Positions 21,601 through 31,652 of a stretch of DNA of 64,000 bases are shown piece by piece. Position 1 is the stretch's first letter. Each line of letters opens with the position of its first letter. The stretch is from a candidate division WOR-3 bacterium. Lineage in GTDB: Bacteria; Hydrothermota; 32-111. The stretch is taken from positions 116,255-180,254 of the forward strand of contig JBBFKX010000003.1 in NCBI GenBank assembly GCA_037481815.1. The letters run 5' to 3'. The notes beneath the pieces were generated by a model. The model searched no databases and was not told the DNA's origin. It saw nothing but the letters and a program-made list of their open reading frames with translations. The translations under genes and the position numbers were made by a program.

Positions 21601-21626
21601 AAACAATAAAAAAAATATTAAGGTGA
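18612..21626 (+). CDS. hybrid sensor histidine kinase / response regulator (TM, PAS, coiled coil, HisKA, HATPase, REC)
   Basis: H-box GGIAHDFNNIL, N box NLIINSKDA, G boxes DDGIGM and GTGLGLA, C-terminal REC (ILIIDDE...ILDMIMPKMSG). Confidence 0.85.
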   Translation: MIREMKNIFLNRSNLLKFIILINTLIFLIFVLIFLKQINFVKQEENKKIFNSLEHNHEFFIIKKQNLYEDLKFISYLYTINDFLKNSSDPLVRERFLNKVKEIHNAYNEIVSITLFDRDNKIIFSENNENYSDTTLLVGSIIEKTIKLSKIKNSGEQVIFDAYVPVFDKRTQKFIGTIELDIDFYKFYSFEKGHFFPFKDLNTYFVQLDKESLYFFQITDYKPEINSFEIYDFSNLFENLESKNTFILYSQKEKKKFFSSVQKIDENEYLIAYIDYKKYISNILRVLSYTLLFFIFVTTFFDLILIFIYLLINNFLYRKEIENKKEIEKTKKYLETLLNSSPLYILDITKDLKINFFINESAKIFFNSDKNSFDFKNVLLRDDYAKLRSCVDKFYEDKDKNFDSFETKIKIDLDERYLTFLLSPIKDQDGEILSILVIISDITDLKNYELDLEDKNKKLLFTLQQLESTNEELQTSEEELLATEEELKYQIEELEKKSKILHETEEKFKIALKNSNISVFVQDRDLKYNYGFNIPDNIPFEMLFEKVDEDIFKGKNVEKFVRMKHLAITNGEKFSGEIELIFFKTKHYFFYTIEPFYSKDEKISGVLTALQDISEKVEMQKELMQVFKLEALGNLAGGIAHDFNNILAGIIGNAEILDMRIGEDQELSKYIKSIIKISESASKLTKQLLSFARKGKYQNIDFSVHKIINEVCDILERTIDRRIRIEQHLKAKPSSIKGDPAQIETALMNLIINSKDAILEKGGDGKIEVRTETIIVDENFNRFLNTKLENGTYIHISVSDDGIGMDDEIKKHIFEPFFTTKDVGKGTGLGLASVYGTIKNHKGYIDFYSERFKGTTFNIYLPLSNTDLEEEVEQESEKIINLNMKKSILIIDDEESIRNSCKEMLEKEGVKVLTAKDGIEGVEIFEQNKDEICLIILDMIMPKMSGKDTFIGIKKLDRDIPVILCSGYSEEGEAEEIISMGVEAFLQKPYRMKTLIETIKKILR

Positions 21627-21629
21627 TCA

Positions 21630-22286
21630 TCACACCTCATTAAAATGATGTTTTACACTTTTTCCCGTTATCATAAAAATCGTATCCTCTGCAATATTAG
21701 TTGAAAGATCAGCAACCCTTTCGATGTTTTTGGCAACATCTATCACTGCAATGTCTACAAGTGAATTTTCCTGACATTTGTTAAGTCCTGAAATCATTTC
21801 CTCAACAATTTTATTTCTCAAAAGGTCAACTTCATCATCCTGATTCAAAACTTCTTTTGCAATATTTATATCCCCATCCACGAAAGATTTTATACTCTTC
21901 TCAAACATTTTTTTTGCAACGGAATAGATTTTTTCAAGATCTTTATTTTTTTCAAAAATCTTTTCTCCTTTTAAACTATCTATCCTTGAAGATATGTTTA
22001 CACTATGGTCTCCTATCCTTTCAAGATCATTATTTATTTTCAATATTGTAAAAAGTGCTCTTAAATCTGAAGCAACCGGCTGATTGGTTGCAATTATTGA
22101 GACACATTCGTTTTCTATTTCTACCTCTTTTCTGTTTGCAAAATCTTCCATCTCTTTGATTACCCTTTCTGCTATAACACTATCGTTATTCTTTAAAGAA
22201 AGTATTGAATCCTCAAACATTTTTTCAATAAACAAAGAGTAGTCGATCAACTCTTTTTTCAAACTTTCGATCCTTTCCTTTAGCAT
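21630..22286 (-). CDS. phoU: phosphate signalling complex protein PhoU
   Basis: Two PhoU repeats (NDLERIGDH, KNIERVADL); last gene of the pst operon. Confidence 0.9.
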   Translation of the reverse strand: MLKERIESLKKELIDYSLFIEKMFEDSILSLKNNDSVIAERVIKEMEDFANRKEVEIENECVSIIATNQPVASDLRALFTILKINNDLERIGDHSVNISSRIDSLKGEKIFEKNKDLEKIYSVAKKMFEKSIKSFVDGDINIAKEVLNQDDEVDLLRNKIVEEMISGLNKCQENSLVDIAVIDVAKNIERVADLSTNIAEDTIFMITGKSVKHHFNEV

Positions 22287-22295
22287 AAAAACTCC

Positions 22296-23051
22296 TTATC
22301 CAAAAATTCCTGTTATATATTCTTCAGTTCTTTTATTTTCTGGTGCTGTAAACATCTTTTTTGTTTCTCCAAATTCCACGATCTCTCCAAGATATATAAA
22401 AAGTGTGTAATCTGAAACTCTACCCGCCTGTGCTATATTGTGAGTCACAATTATTATTGTAAGTTTTTCTTTTAAAACTTCAAGCAATTCTTCTATTTTC
22501 TGTGTTGATTTTGGATCGAGTGCTGAAGTTGGTTCATCTAAGAGTAGAACTTCAGGATCATTTGCAAGAGCCCTTGCAATACACAACCTCTGTTGTTGTC
22601 CACCTGAAAGAGAAAGCGCACTATCGAACAACCTATCTTTAACCTCATCGTAAAGCCATACATCTTTTAAACTTTTAACAACTTTTTGATCGAGAAAAGA
22701 CTTATCTTTTATACCTTTAACTTTCAATCCAAAAGCAACATTTTCATATATTGAAAAAGGAAATGGGTTCGGTTTTTGAAACACCATCCCTATCTTTGTT
22801 CTCAAGAGTGAAAGATCAACATTTTTATCGTTGATGTTCATCCCATCAAAGATTATTTTTCCTTCAACCTTTGCGTTATAAAAATCGTTCATCCTGTTGA
22901 ATGATCTTATAAGTGTTGATTTACCGCATCCAGAGGGACCAATGATGGCAGTAACTTTTTTTTCATAAATTGAAAGGTTTATATTTTTAAGGACCTGTTT
23001 ATCATTGAAATAAAGGTTAAAGTTTTCGACTTTGATTTTTTCGTTTACCAT
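22296..23051 (-). CDS. pstB: phosphate ABC transporter ATP-binding protein
   Basis: Walker A GPSGCGKS, signature LSGGQQQR, Walker [12 protein letters not shown]; PstB-typical length and context. Confidence 0.95.
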   Translation of the reverse strand: MVNEKIKVENFNLYFNDKQVLKNINLSIYEKKVTAIIGPSGCGKSTLIRSFNRMNDFYNAKVEGKIIFDGMNINDKNVDLSLLRTKIGMVFQKPNPFPFSIYENVAFGLKVKGIKDKSFLDQKVVKSLKDVWLYDEVKDRLFDSALSLSGGQQQRLCIARALANDPEVLLLDEPTSALDPKSTQKIEELLEVLKEKLTIIIVTHNIAQAGRVSDYTLFIYLGEIVEFGETKKMFTAPENKRTEEYITGIFG

Positions 23052-23893
23052 TTTCTCTGCCTCCTGAGTCTCTGTCTTATAAGTATCGCTGAAAGGTTCA
23101 AAATCAGCACAAGAAGTAGTAGAACAAACGCTGATTTATATGCTATAGGAACCTGTTTTTCAGGTGAAACACCCTCTGTTACAAGACCATATATATGATA
23201 GGGAATAGCCATAACTTCACTTGAAAGTGATTTTGGCAACTTCCTTGAATATAAAGTTGCAGCCGTAAACATTATCGGTGCCGTTTCCCCTGCTATTCTA
23301 CCAACACTGAGTATTAAAGATGTCAGAATGTTTGGAAAAGCGACCGGAATGGAAATCTTATAAATCGTCTCAAATTTTGAACAACCAAGCGAATACGCTG
23401 CCTCTTTAAAAGTTATTGGAACACTTTTCAAGGACTCTTCTACAGATTTTATTATTATCGGTAAAGATAAAATTGCAAGTGTTAAACTTCCCGACAAAAG
23501 TGATACTTCAAGAGAAAATTTTATTACAAAAAATGATAATCCGAAAAGTCCAAAAATGATAGATGGAATGCCGGAAAGTGTTGTTATAGAGGTTTTCAAA
23601 AGGTCAACCAGAAATTTTGGTTTACCATATTCTGCTAAATAAACTGCTGTTATAACACCAACAGGAAAAGAAAAAATTGTTGAAAGTATTGTAAGATAAA
23701 ATGTTCCAACTATTGCAGGGAATATACCACCTTCAGTCATTCCATTTTTTGGAAATGTAAACAAAAAATCTGGTAAAATACCTCTGTATCCATTTTTAAA
23801 AATAGGAACAAGAAAAATAAGCAGTGAAGAGATTGTTAAAATTGTTGTAATATATATAAGTATCTCAAAACCTTTTTCTTTGATTTTTTTCAT
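23045..23893 (-). CDS. pstA: phosphate ABC transporter permease PstA
   Basis: 6-TM permease with an EAA-like loop ([22 protein letters not shown]), between pstC and pstB. Confidence 0.88.
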   Translation of the reverse strand: MKKIKEKGFEILIYITTILTISSLLIFLVPIFKNGYRGILPDFLFTFPKNGMTEGGIFPAIVGTFYLTILSTIFSFPVGVITAVYLAEYGKPKFLVDLLKTSITTLSGIPSIIFGLFGLSFFVIKFSLEVSLLSGSLTLAILSLPIIIKSVEESLKSVPITFKEAAYSLGCSKFETIYKISIPVAFPNILTSLILSVGRIAGETAPIMFTAATLYSRKLPKSLSSEVMAIPYHIYGLVTEGVSPEKQVPIAYKSAFVLLLLVLILNLSAILIRQRLRRQRKW

Positions 23894-23894
23894 T

Positions 23895-24770
23895 CTATTC
23901 TCTTTTTAAATTTTTTATGAATCGATTCGATATCAATGTTAAGATAAGTGTTAAAAATAAAAGAACAAGTGCTATACCGTAGAGAACATAAAAGTGTGTT
24001 GTCCCAACCGCTGTTTCTCCCATCTCAGCGGCGATCGTTGATGTTAAAGGTCTTACTGGAGAAAAAATCGAATTTGGGAAATTCATCGCACCACCTGCTA
24101 CCATAAGAACTATCATCGTTTCACCTATTGATCTGCCAATTCCCAAAAGGAGCGCTGAGATAAGCGCTCCTTTTGTATAAGGTATAACAACTCTTGTAAT
24201 AGTATCAAATTTTGTTCCACCAAGGGCATATGATGCCTCTTTTAAAGTTGATGGAACAGTTGAGAGTGCATCTTCAGTTAAACTTGAAATTATCGGTATG
24301 ATTACTATACCGAGTATAAATGATGCGGTGAAAAGGTTTAACCCCGTTGGAATATTAAAGAATCTCCTTATGAATGGTCCGATGAAAACTATTCCGATAA
24401 ATCCAAAGATCACAGATGGTATCGAAGACAAAATTTCGATGAAGGGCTTTAAAATTTCTTTTGTTTTCAAATTGGCATACTCTGAAAGAAAAATTGCAGA
24501 ACCAACGCCAAGGGGTAAACCAACAAGTATAGATCCCAAAGTCACAAATATAGAGGAAACTATAAAATTGAATATCCCAAACGATGGAGGATCCATCGTG
24601 GGATAATATTTTCTTCCAAAAATGAAGTTTGTAAATCCAACCTCTTTGAAAGCGATATAACCTTTCGAAAAAATGTCATAAACTATCAAAGCAAGAATAA
24701 CAAGAGAGATCAAAGAGATGCTGTGTATTAAAAATGTTGCAAAACCATCTCTTATTTTTCTTTTTTCCAT
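23895..24770 (-). CDS. pstC: phosphate ABC transporter permease PstC
   Basis: 6-TM permease, EAA-like loop (EASYALGGTKFDTITRVVIPY), directly after pstS. Confidence 0.88.
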   Translation of the reverse strand: MEKRKIRDGFATFLIHSISLISLVILALIVYDIFSKGYIAFKEVGFTNFIFGRKYYPTMDPPSFGIFNFIVSSIFVTLGSILVGLPLGVGSAIFLSEYANLKTKEILKPFIEILSSIPSVIFGFIGIVFIGPFIRRFFNIPTGLNLFTASFILGIVIIPIISSLTEDALSTVPSTLKEASYALGGTKFDTITRVVIPYTKGALISALLLGIGRSIGETMIVLMVAGGAMNFPNSIFSPVRPLTSTIAAEMGETAVGTTHFYVLYGIALVLLFLTLILTLISNRFIKNLKRE

Positions 24771-24771
24771 A

Positions 24772-25581
24772 TTACCTCAAAGGTATGTAACCTGTTTCCT
24801 CAACTATTTTTTGACCTTCATCTGAAAGGATGAATTCTATAAACTTTCCGATATTTCCTTTTGGTTTACCGTTTGTATAAAGATACAAACTCCTTGCAAT
24901 TTTGTATGTTTTGTTGTTAACACTCTCTTTGGAAGGATAAACTCCTTCAATTTTGAGTGCTTTTACACTCTCATTAACAAAACCGATTCCAAGATAACCT
25001 ATTGCACCAGGGGTATCCTTTACAGTTGATAGAACCGCATTGTTTGAAGCAAGAAGCAGAGCATCCTCTCTATATTTTGTGTTCTCAAGAACCTTCTCGT
25101 TAAAAACTTCAAATGTACCTGATGAAACATCTCTTGAAACAACAACTATTGACATATCCTTTCCACCCAACTCTTTCCAGTTTCTTATTTTTCCAGTATA
25201 AATATCTTTTAATGTCTTCAAATTAATTTCCGAAACAGGATTTGAAGGGTGAACAACTATCGAAAGTGCATCGTTTGCAATTACCGTTTCATAAATATTT
25301 ATTCCATTCTCTTTTGCCTGATAGATCTCTTTCTCTTTAATTTTTCTGGACGAATTTGCAATGTCAACTTTTCCCTCTATAAGGTTTGAAATCCCAACAC
25401 CACTTCCACCACCTCTTACAGTTATGTTTATTGAAGGATTTTTATCCATAAACACTTCAGATGCTTTTTGAACGATTGGGAAAACCGTTGTTGAGCCAGA
25501 CACTGTTATCTCATTATTTTTTGGAAAAACAGAAAGAAATGATATTAAACAGATTAAAATTAAAGTAAATATTTTTTTCAT
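24772..25581 (-). CDS. pstS: phosphate ABC transporter substrate-binding protein
   Basis: Signal peptide, SGSTTVFP and RGGGSGVG phosphate-binding motifs. Confidence 0.9.
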   Translation of the reverse strand: MKKIFTLILICLISFLSVFPKNNEITVSGSTTVFPIVQKASEVFMDKNPSINITVRGGGSGVGISNLIEGKVDIANSSRKIKEKEIYQAKENGINIYETVIANDALSIVVHPSNPVSEINLKTLKDIYTGKIRNWKELGGKDMSIVVVSRDVSSGTFEVFNEKVLENTKYREDALLLASNNAVLSTVKDTPGAIGYLGIGFVNESVKALKIEGVYPSKESVNNKTYKIARSLYLYTNGKPKGNIGKFIEFILSDEGQKIVEETGYIPLR

Positions 25582-25591
25582 CTTTCACCTC

Positions 25592-26620
25592 CTATTGTAT
25601 CGTGTTTGAAAATTTCCATTTCATCTGGAAAACCATACCATTCAGATCAACTTTTGTTGTATCCTCATACATAGTTCTATCGTATGATAGTTGCATTATA
25701 ATACCATTATCTTTAAAGAAATTTAAATTTGTTCCAGCGATAATTCTTTGATGGCTATCATTATCATTATCAACATTTTTATCCCAGTTATCATATCTGA
25801 CAATAAATTCTAATGGTATATTCATAAGATTCTTTGCATTTATCAGACCTATTCCAGAATATCCATTTCCTTCTACACTATCAATTTTGTTTGAAACATA
25901 TTCAAACGATAAAGATAAGAAATTATAATTAAACTTTACAAGTCCCACATAAGCCATTCTTAAACTGTCTGAAATCAACGTATCAACACTTTCCGGTGAA
26001 AGGAGAGTTTTATTTTCATATAGAATTGAACCACCCAATGTCAGACCGGCAAATGGAACAACTCTGAGATTTGCAAGAAACGCAGGATTAAGATCAACAG
26101 AAGAATCGGTTTTTTTATAACCTTCACCATTCATAACAGAAAGTGCATAAAAACCAAAACCACCTGGGAACAGACCGTTGAATGAAACACCATAATCTGC
26201 TGAGTTTACTACCTTTTCTTTATCACTCAACTCTGTTTCATAGACCGGATATTCGTAATCGTAAATAGTACCAAAAAAATTCTTTATCAAACCAAAATTT
26301 ATATTGCTATTTTTTAATGGAAGATTTGAAAAATCAAGATATGCATATTTTAAACGAACAGATGCTCCTTCAACTCCATCTTTTAATGAAACAAAATCAA
26401 GTGTGAATCTTCCCTTTATATCATCTCTAAACTTTGGTTCAACTGTGAAATAACCTCTTGGAGAGTAAATCTGATTTTTGGTTAAAACGAATTCATTTTC
26501 ATTTTCAAACGTTGCATGGTATCTACTCCAGATTTCAAAACCGTATTTGGTCTCTCCAGCAAAAATAGTAGAAAAAATCAGTGTGAGCAAAAATAAAAGG
26601 GATAATTTTTTTAATTTCAT
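25592..26620 (-). CDS. outer-membrane beta-barrel porin, first gene of the pst operon (OprO/OprP-like by context)
   Basis: Signal peptide, alternating beta-strand pattern, C-terminal aromatic-rich end (MKWKFSNTIQ); the second ATG (26620) is better spaced from AGGAGG. Confidence 0.6.
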   Translation of the reverse strand: MKLKKLSLLFLLTLIFSTIFAGETKYGFEIWSRYHATFENENEFVLTKNQIYSPRGYFTVEPKFRDDIKGRFTLDFVSLKDGVEGASVRLKYAYLDFSNLPLKNSNINFGLIKNFFGTIYDYEYPVYETELSDKEKVVNSADYGVSFNGLFPGGFGFYALSVMNGEGYKKTDSSVDLNPAFLANLRVVPFAGLTLGGSILYENKTLLSPESVDTLISDSLRMAYVGLVKFNYNFLSLSFEYVSNKIDSVEGNGYSGIGLINAKNLMNIPLEFIVRYDNWDKNVDNDNDSHQRIIAGTNLNFFKDNGIIMQLSYDRTMYEDTTKVDLNGMVFQMKWKFSNTIQ

Positions 26621-26650
26621 CATACCTCCTTTTTGTTATTTTTCAAATGG

Positions 26651-26693
26651 AATATAAAACACAATTGTTAATTTTCTGTTAAGATTGTGTTAA
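26651..26693 (-). promoter_or_regulatory. Pho-box-like element: three TTAACA hexamers at exact 11-bp spacing plus a -10 TATATT
   Basis: Minus strand reads TTAACAcaatcTTAACAgaaaaTTAACAattgtgtttTATATT. On the plus strand the hexamers are TGTTAA at 26666, 26677 and 26688, and the -10 is at 26651-26656, 9 nt from the last hexamer. Confidence 0.55.
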
Positions 26694-26695
26694 AT

Positions 26696-27757
26696 TTATT
26701 TTCTCGATTTATACAGAAGAAAGATACTTACAAACAAAAAGAAAAAATTTGGATAGAGAAATATTAAAAAAGGATTCCCTTCCCCATTCGAAGCAGCGGA
26801 TCTAAATCCCTGCAGTACTCCCCAGTATAAAAATGAAAGGAGTATGCTTATTGAAAGTCCAAAAATTATTCCGGTGTTTTTTGTGTTTACAACAAAACTT
26901 GCAGATATTATGGATATAATAATGTTGATAAATAAAAAGTAAAACCTATACGAAATTTCTGTCTCCTGTTTTGATGGATCACCTTTACTTTTTAAAATTC
27001 TGTTCCTTATTTTCAAAAGTTCAGAAATCTTATAAATTTCAACATTTTCTCTATCAAATACCATCTCATCAGGTTTAGTATTCAAAATATCGTACATTTC
27101 TCTATTTTCAAACATTTCAAAACTATTGTTTTCAAGATCATAAACCTGGCAACTCTCAAATATCCATTTTCCACCACGAAAGATTCCTTTTTTTGCTTTT
27201 ATATAGATCTTCAAACCTGTTTTATCATCAGTTTTAAAAATTTCTGGATTTCTAATAAGCATATTTTTTACTGAAAAATACTCTCCTTTTAAGATTGTTT
27301 TTTCATCCTGTACAAATATAAAATCCTCTCTGTTGATCTGACTAAATTCTTTTGATTCCTTTATCTCTTTATATCTTTTTGTTGAATATGTTTCTACATT
27401 CTCTTTTAAAAAGAATTGTATAAATGACAATATTATGACCAAAAAAAATAATGGCAGTAAAAATCTGTAAACCGAGATCCCACTTGCTTTTATTGCCAAA
27501 AGTTCATTATTTTTTATCATGAATCCAACGGTTATAAAAATCGAAACAAGAATACCAAGAGGAAAAAGAAGAGTAAGAAGTGAAGGTATGTAAAAAAGGT
27601 AGAGAAAAAATATTTCTTTTAAAGTTTTTCCAGATTGAATGTAACCTGAAAGATTATCAGAAATATCAACTACTAAAAATATGAAAATGAAAAGAAACAG
27701 AACTATAAACAAAAACAAAACAAAATTCTTTAAGAGGTATCTATCAAGTATCTTCAT
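26696..27757 (-). CDS. lptG: LptF/LptG-family LPS export permease
   Basis: YjgP/YjgQ architecture: 3 TM, a large periplasmic domain, 3 TM; second of a tandem overlapping pair. Confidence 0.78.
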   Translation of the reverse strand: MKILDRYLLKNFVLFLFIVLFLFIFIFLVVDISDNLSGYIQSGKTLKEIFFLYLFYIPSLLTLLFPLGILVSIFITVGFMIKNNELLAIKASGISVYRFLLPLFFLVIILSFIQFFLKENVETYSTKRYKEIKESKEFSQINREDFIFVQDEKTILKGEYFSVKNMLIRNPEIFKTDDKTGLKIYIKAKKGIFRGGKWIFESCQVYDLENNSFEMFENREMYDILNTKPDEMVFDRENVEIYKISELLKIRNRILKSKGDPSKQETEISYRFYFLFINIIISIISASFVVNTKNTGIIFGLSISILLSFLYWGVLQGFRSAASNGEGNPFLIFLYPNFFFLFVSIFLLYKSRK

Positions 27758-28884
27758 TTTTTAAAAACCTTTGAATCTCTTAAAATAAAATAAAAACAAA
27801 AAAATAAGGTTAAAAAGTTTGGAAACCAGATCGTTATCGCTGGATTTAAAAATCCGTTATCAGATATTTGTTCCCCAAGAACAAGCAGAACATAATAGAA
27901 TACGAAAAGCATCGTAGAAATCGCAAAACCTATTGCAAGTGAGGATCGTTTGAGCCTTATACCGATTATTCCACCGAGCAAAACAAAAGCGAACACTCCA
28001 AAAGATATTGAAAACTTTTTATGTATCTCAACAAGATATCTGTAAACAGATTTTTTTCGCCTGATATCATAATCTCTTCCATTTTTGTTCTCATAACTTT
28101 TATTTAAATTTTTTATACTTTCGATAAGCATTTTAACACTCATCTCTCGATCACCTCTTACATCAAACCCTCCCTCAACTATATCTCCTGAAATTTTGAT
28201 GCTTTGAACAAAAGTGGAAAAAGAACTCTTTTTGTATTTACCATCGGAAACGATTTCAAAAATTTCTCCATTTTTCATATACACCGAGATTTTATTTGCA
28301 CCCTTTAACATTGAGATATGACCGCTGTCCGCTTTTATAAAAATTTTATCCTTTATGATATTACAACACGAGAACGAGTTATCTTTTCTTATATCATCAA
28401 AATAAAAGTAAACTTCATTATCATAACTTTTTTTGAATATTCCCTTTTCAACACTAACAGCAGGTCTGAGATTCAATATCTGTATAAACAACTGTTTTAC
28501 TTTATGGTTTGAATAGGGAACCACAATATCCGATATCAGGAAGGTCAAAACAAAAAGTATCACTGAAAAAAAAGTTAAATTGAATATGAATCTATAAGGA
28601 TTTATTCCAGATGATTTTAATGCTGTTATCTCAAGATCTGAAGACATTCTACCAAAAGTCATGATCGTTGATACGAGAACAGACATGGGTATAGATAAAA
28701 ATATTATGAATGGAAGATTATAAATGAAGAGTTTTAAAACTATCAAAAATGGGATGCCCTTTCCTATCAAAAGGTTCACGAGTTCAAAGACCCTGTTCAC
28801 AAGGAGAACAAAAATTATTAAAGACAGCGCAAGCAAAAATGACGGGAAAAAATCTTTTAAAATCATTCTATCGATAATTTTCAT
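27754..28884 (-). CDS. lptF: LptF/LptG-family LPS export permease
   Basis: Same architecture as the downstream paralogue; first of the pair, 4-nt overlap. Confidence 0.78.
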   Translation of the reverse strand: MKIIDRMILKDFFPSFLLALSLIIFVLLVNRVFELVNLLIGKGIPFLIVLKLFIYNLPFIIFLSIPMSVLVSTIMTFGRMSSDLEITALKSSGINPYRFIFNLTFFSVILFVLTFLISDIVVPYSNHKVKQLFIQILNLRPAVSVEKGIFKKSYDNEVYFYFDDIRKDNSFSCCNIIKDKIFIKADSGHISMLKGANKISVYMKNGEIFEIVSDGKYKKSSFSTFVQSIKISGDIVEGGFDVRGDREMSVKMLIESIKNLNKSYENKNGRDYDIRRKKSVYRYLVEIHKKFSISFGVFAFVLLGGIIGIRLKRSSLAIGFAISTMLFVFYYVLLVLGEQISDNGFLNPAITIWFPNFLTLFFCFYFILRDSKVFKK

Positions 28885-28922
28885 AACAAATATAATATCT
28901 TAAAAATTCTTCAAGTAAACAA

Positions 28923-29522
28923 TCATCTAAATATTTCAGGCCTTTTTTCTTTGTAACTATAATAGGATTCCTTTGAAAGTATCACATGATCGTATACTTC
29001 TATTCCAAGTATCTTTCCCGCTTCTATAAGACGTGTTGTCACAAGATCATCTTCATCCGATGGTTCAACATTGCTTGAGGGGTGGTTATGAACAACTATG
29101 ATTCCACATGCTCTATCCACAATAGGATCAGAAAAAACCTCTCTTGGATGAACGAATGTTGTGTTAAGGGTTCCAATAAAAACGGTTCTTTTCTGTATAA
29201 CTTTCATCGAGGAATCCAAACTGATAACTATAAAATTTTCCTGTCGCCTTTTTGAAATCTCTTTCAACAATAAGAACACATCTTTTGGTGATGTGATCCT
29301 TTTTTCCTTTTCCCTCAATCTCCTGAACAGTTCAAAAATCGAACACATTCTCACTCTATCATCGTTCTCAAGTTCAATGAAAGAATCGTTTGAAACTTCA
29401 GGGAAATCTGTGTAGATCTTTTCGACAGTTTTCACAAGAGTATCCTCTTTATAGTTTTTCTTTAAAATATTTTTTAAAATTTCAACATCTTTCAAATTTC
29501 TATATTCGATATTTTCTCCCAT
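28923..29522 (-). CDS. radC: RadC-like JAB/MPN domain protein
   Basis: JAMM motif HNHPSSNVEPSDEDD and an N-terminal helix-hairpin-helix-like region. Confidence 0.85.
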   Translation of the reverse strand: MGENIEYRNLKDVEILKNILKKNYKEDTLVKTVEKIYTDFPEVSNDSFIELENDDRVRMCSIFELFRRLREKEKRITSPKDVFLLLKEISKRRQENFIVISLDSSMKVIQKRTVFIGTLNTTFVHPREVFSDPIVDRACGIIVVHNHPSSNVEPSDEDDLVTTRLIEAGKILGIEVYDHVILSKESYYSYKEKRPEIFR

Positions 29523-29533
29523 AGTTCCCCTCC

Positions 29534-30346
29534 TTAAAAAATTTTTTTTACTTCATAGTCGAAACCTTTTTCAAACAGATCTTTTTCAATAAAAAATCTT
29601 TTCAAGTTCTCTTTTACACTTTTCTCAATTTTCTCTTCTGTTCCCCTGTAAAAAGATATTTCCAGTTTTTTATCACCAGATAGTTTTACATTAAAAACAC
29701 CTTCAACATTTTTTTCCAAAAACTTTTCAAAGCACTTCACAGGATATGCATATTTTTTTGCACTCCTTGTTTCAAAAATCGTAAATCTTTCAAGAGAATA
29801 ATAAGGAAACGAGAATATCTCAAATCGATCATATTCTCCCTTTTTAAGGAAATACATCTTGAAACGTTCATCCTGATATACATAAAGATTGATAAAAGTT
29901 TCAAGATTTTTTAGAAAATCTTTTTTTATAAAACAGTTACCTTTATAGTCCATAAAATAGAACCTTTCCACATAGGGATTTTCTGGATAAACAAAAGAGT
30001 TGAAAGCAGACCTGTATAGAGATATCTCATCTATGTCATCAACAAAAAATGGAATAACTATATCGGTTCTATATTTGAAAAAAACCTCAAGTGGAGATAA
30101 CCTTTTAAAAAACTCTCTATCACCCAGAATTATGTTGTAAGGTTTTGACAGAAAAATTTCAACAATCTTTTTGTTAGGGATTTTTTCATCAAAAAAATTT
30201 ATTTCAAAATTTTTATTCACTCTTTTAAAATCTTCAAAATCACTAAAAACTATCACAGATCTTTTTCTTTTCTTCATATAATCTGGATACACATTTTTTT
30301 CTATAATCTTTTTAATATTTTCAAAAAATTTTTCAAACTCTTTCAT
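29534..30346 (-). CDS. hypothetical protein
   Basis: ORF open to 30439, but the ATG at 30346 (MKEFEKFF) overlaps the upstream radical-SAM gene by only 14 nt; no motif recognised. Confidence 0.5.
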   Translation of the reverse strand: MKEFEKFFENIKKIIEKNVYPDYMKKRKRSVIVFSDFEDFKRVNKNFEINFFDEKIPNKKIVEIFLSKPYNIILGDREFFKRLSPLEVFFKYRTDIVIPFFVDDIDEISLYRSAFNSFVYPENPYVERFYFMDYKGNCFIKKDFLKNLETFINLYVYQDERFKMYFLKKGEYDRFEIFSFPYYSLERFTIFETRSAKKYAYPVKCFEKFLEKNVEGVFNVKLSGDKKLEISFYRGTEEKIEKSVKENLKRFFIEKDLFEKGFDYEVKKIF

Positions 30347-31652
30347 AATACTTTTTTGTCTCTCTGTTGAAACTTCTGATAAGATTTTTAAGACCCTGAA
30401 TCTCCTCTTCCGAGTACTTATAGTAAGATGAAAAAACACTTTTGTTTGTAAGAAGTGGATCTTTTATGATTTCTTCATATCTCTTATAAAAATCGGTTCT
30501 TGGAACAGGTGTAAACTCGTTCAAAACAATCCTCACTCTCTTTTCTTTTAAAAATTTTGCTGTTCGAATAACATCCTCCAAATTTTCATTCGGAAGTCCC
30601 ACGAGTATATAACAAAAAATTTTTCTTCCATCAAAACCGTTTTTCAATAACAGATTCAAAGCATTTTCGATCTCATCAAGGTTTGTTTTATTTCCGGTCT
30701 TTGAAAGAATATCTTCCGATATTGTTTCTATTGAAAGTGATATCATTCCAAGATTTATTTTTTTAAAAATTTCAAGAACATCATCTTCTATAAACCTCAC
30801 ATGCAAACCGTTTGAGAAATTGAATCTGAAACTATATTTTTTATCTATTATTTTTTCAAAGAGAGGTAAGAAATGTTTATCTTTTCTAAAAAGTAAAGCA
30901 TCGTCATAAAATGTGATATCTTTAACTTTCAACCTTTCGAGAAGATCGAGTTGAGATAATATGTTATCAAAAGGTAAACATGAAAAATTTTTATAGAGAA
31001 CGGAAACAGCACAATAACTACATCTATAAGGGCATCCCCTTTGAGTTAAAACCGCTGCTGATTCGAGTTCAGGATAAAGATCGTATGCCGGAATAAGTTC
31101 TTCAAGTGAAAAGTTTTTTTTCATTTTTATATCAGTATTATCTATTAGAAACTGGTATAGCCCATCAACATCGGAACTGAAAATATATGATGCACCAAGT
31201 TCTTTTGCATGTTCAGGTAAAAGTTTTGCATAGACACCACCAACTATTATTTTTGTTTTCGGATCTTTTTCTTTAACACTTTCGATCACCTCTTTTACAC
31301 CTTCATACCAGTATGTCATCATCGATGTGATAAAAACATAATCATAATTTTTCTTTGAGATAAACTCTAAAAATTTATCTTTTGAAACACCATATCTATA
31401 ATATGGTCTTTTGAACCATTCAAAAATTTCATTTTTTTTCACTTTTTCTTTTTTGAACTTTCCTGTTGAAAAGAATTTACTTTTGTATTTTTTTTCTAGA
31501 AAAATAGACTTTCTATCCATAAAATCAAAATAGTCAAAATCGATACTATTCTCTCTCAAAAATGATGCAACATACAAAAGTCCAAGAGGTTTTAACCAGT
31601 AATCGTAACAGGTAAAATCATATATTGGGGGATTTACCAAGAGTATTTGCAT
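30333..31652 (-). CDS. B12-binding-domain radical SAM protein
   Basis: N-terminal LLVNPP cobalamin-binding-type domain and a CxxxCxxC cluster (CPYRCSYC). Confidence 0.8.
   Translation of the reverse strand: MQILLVNPPIYDFTCYDYWLKPLGLLYVASFLRENSIDFDYFDFMDRKSIFLEKKYKSKFFSTGKFKKEKVKKNEIFEWFKRPYYRYGVSKDKFLEFISKKNYDYVFITSMMTYWYEGVKEVIESVKEKDPKTKIIVGGVYAKLLPEHAKELGASYIFSSDVDGLYQFLIDNTDIKMKKNFSLEELIPAYDLYPELESAAVLTQRGCPYRCSYCAVSVLYKNFSCLPFDNILSQLDLLERLKVKDITFYDDALLFRKDKHFLPLFEKIIDKKYSFRFNFSNGLHVRFIEDDVLEIFKKINLGMISLSIETISEDILSKTGNKTNLDEIENALNLLLKNGFDGRKIFCYILVGLPNENLEDVIRTAKFLKEKRVRIVLNEFTPVPRTDFYKRYEEIIKDPLLTNKSVFSSYYKYSEEEIQGLKNLIRSFNRETKKYYERV

Noticed and set aside
21618-21640. Short hairpin AGGTG-atcatca-CACCT spanning the convergent stops of the hybrid kinase and phoU, as a bidirectional terminator
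   Set aside because: It has only a 5-bp stem and no flanking T-runs, so it is too weak to call.
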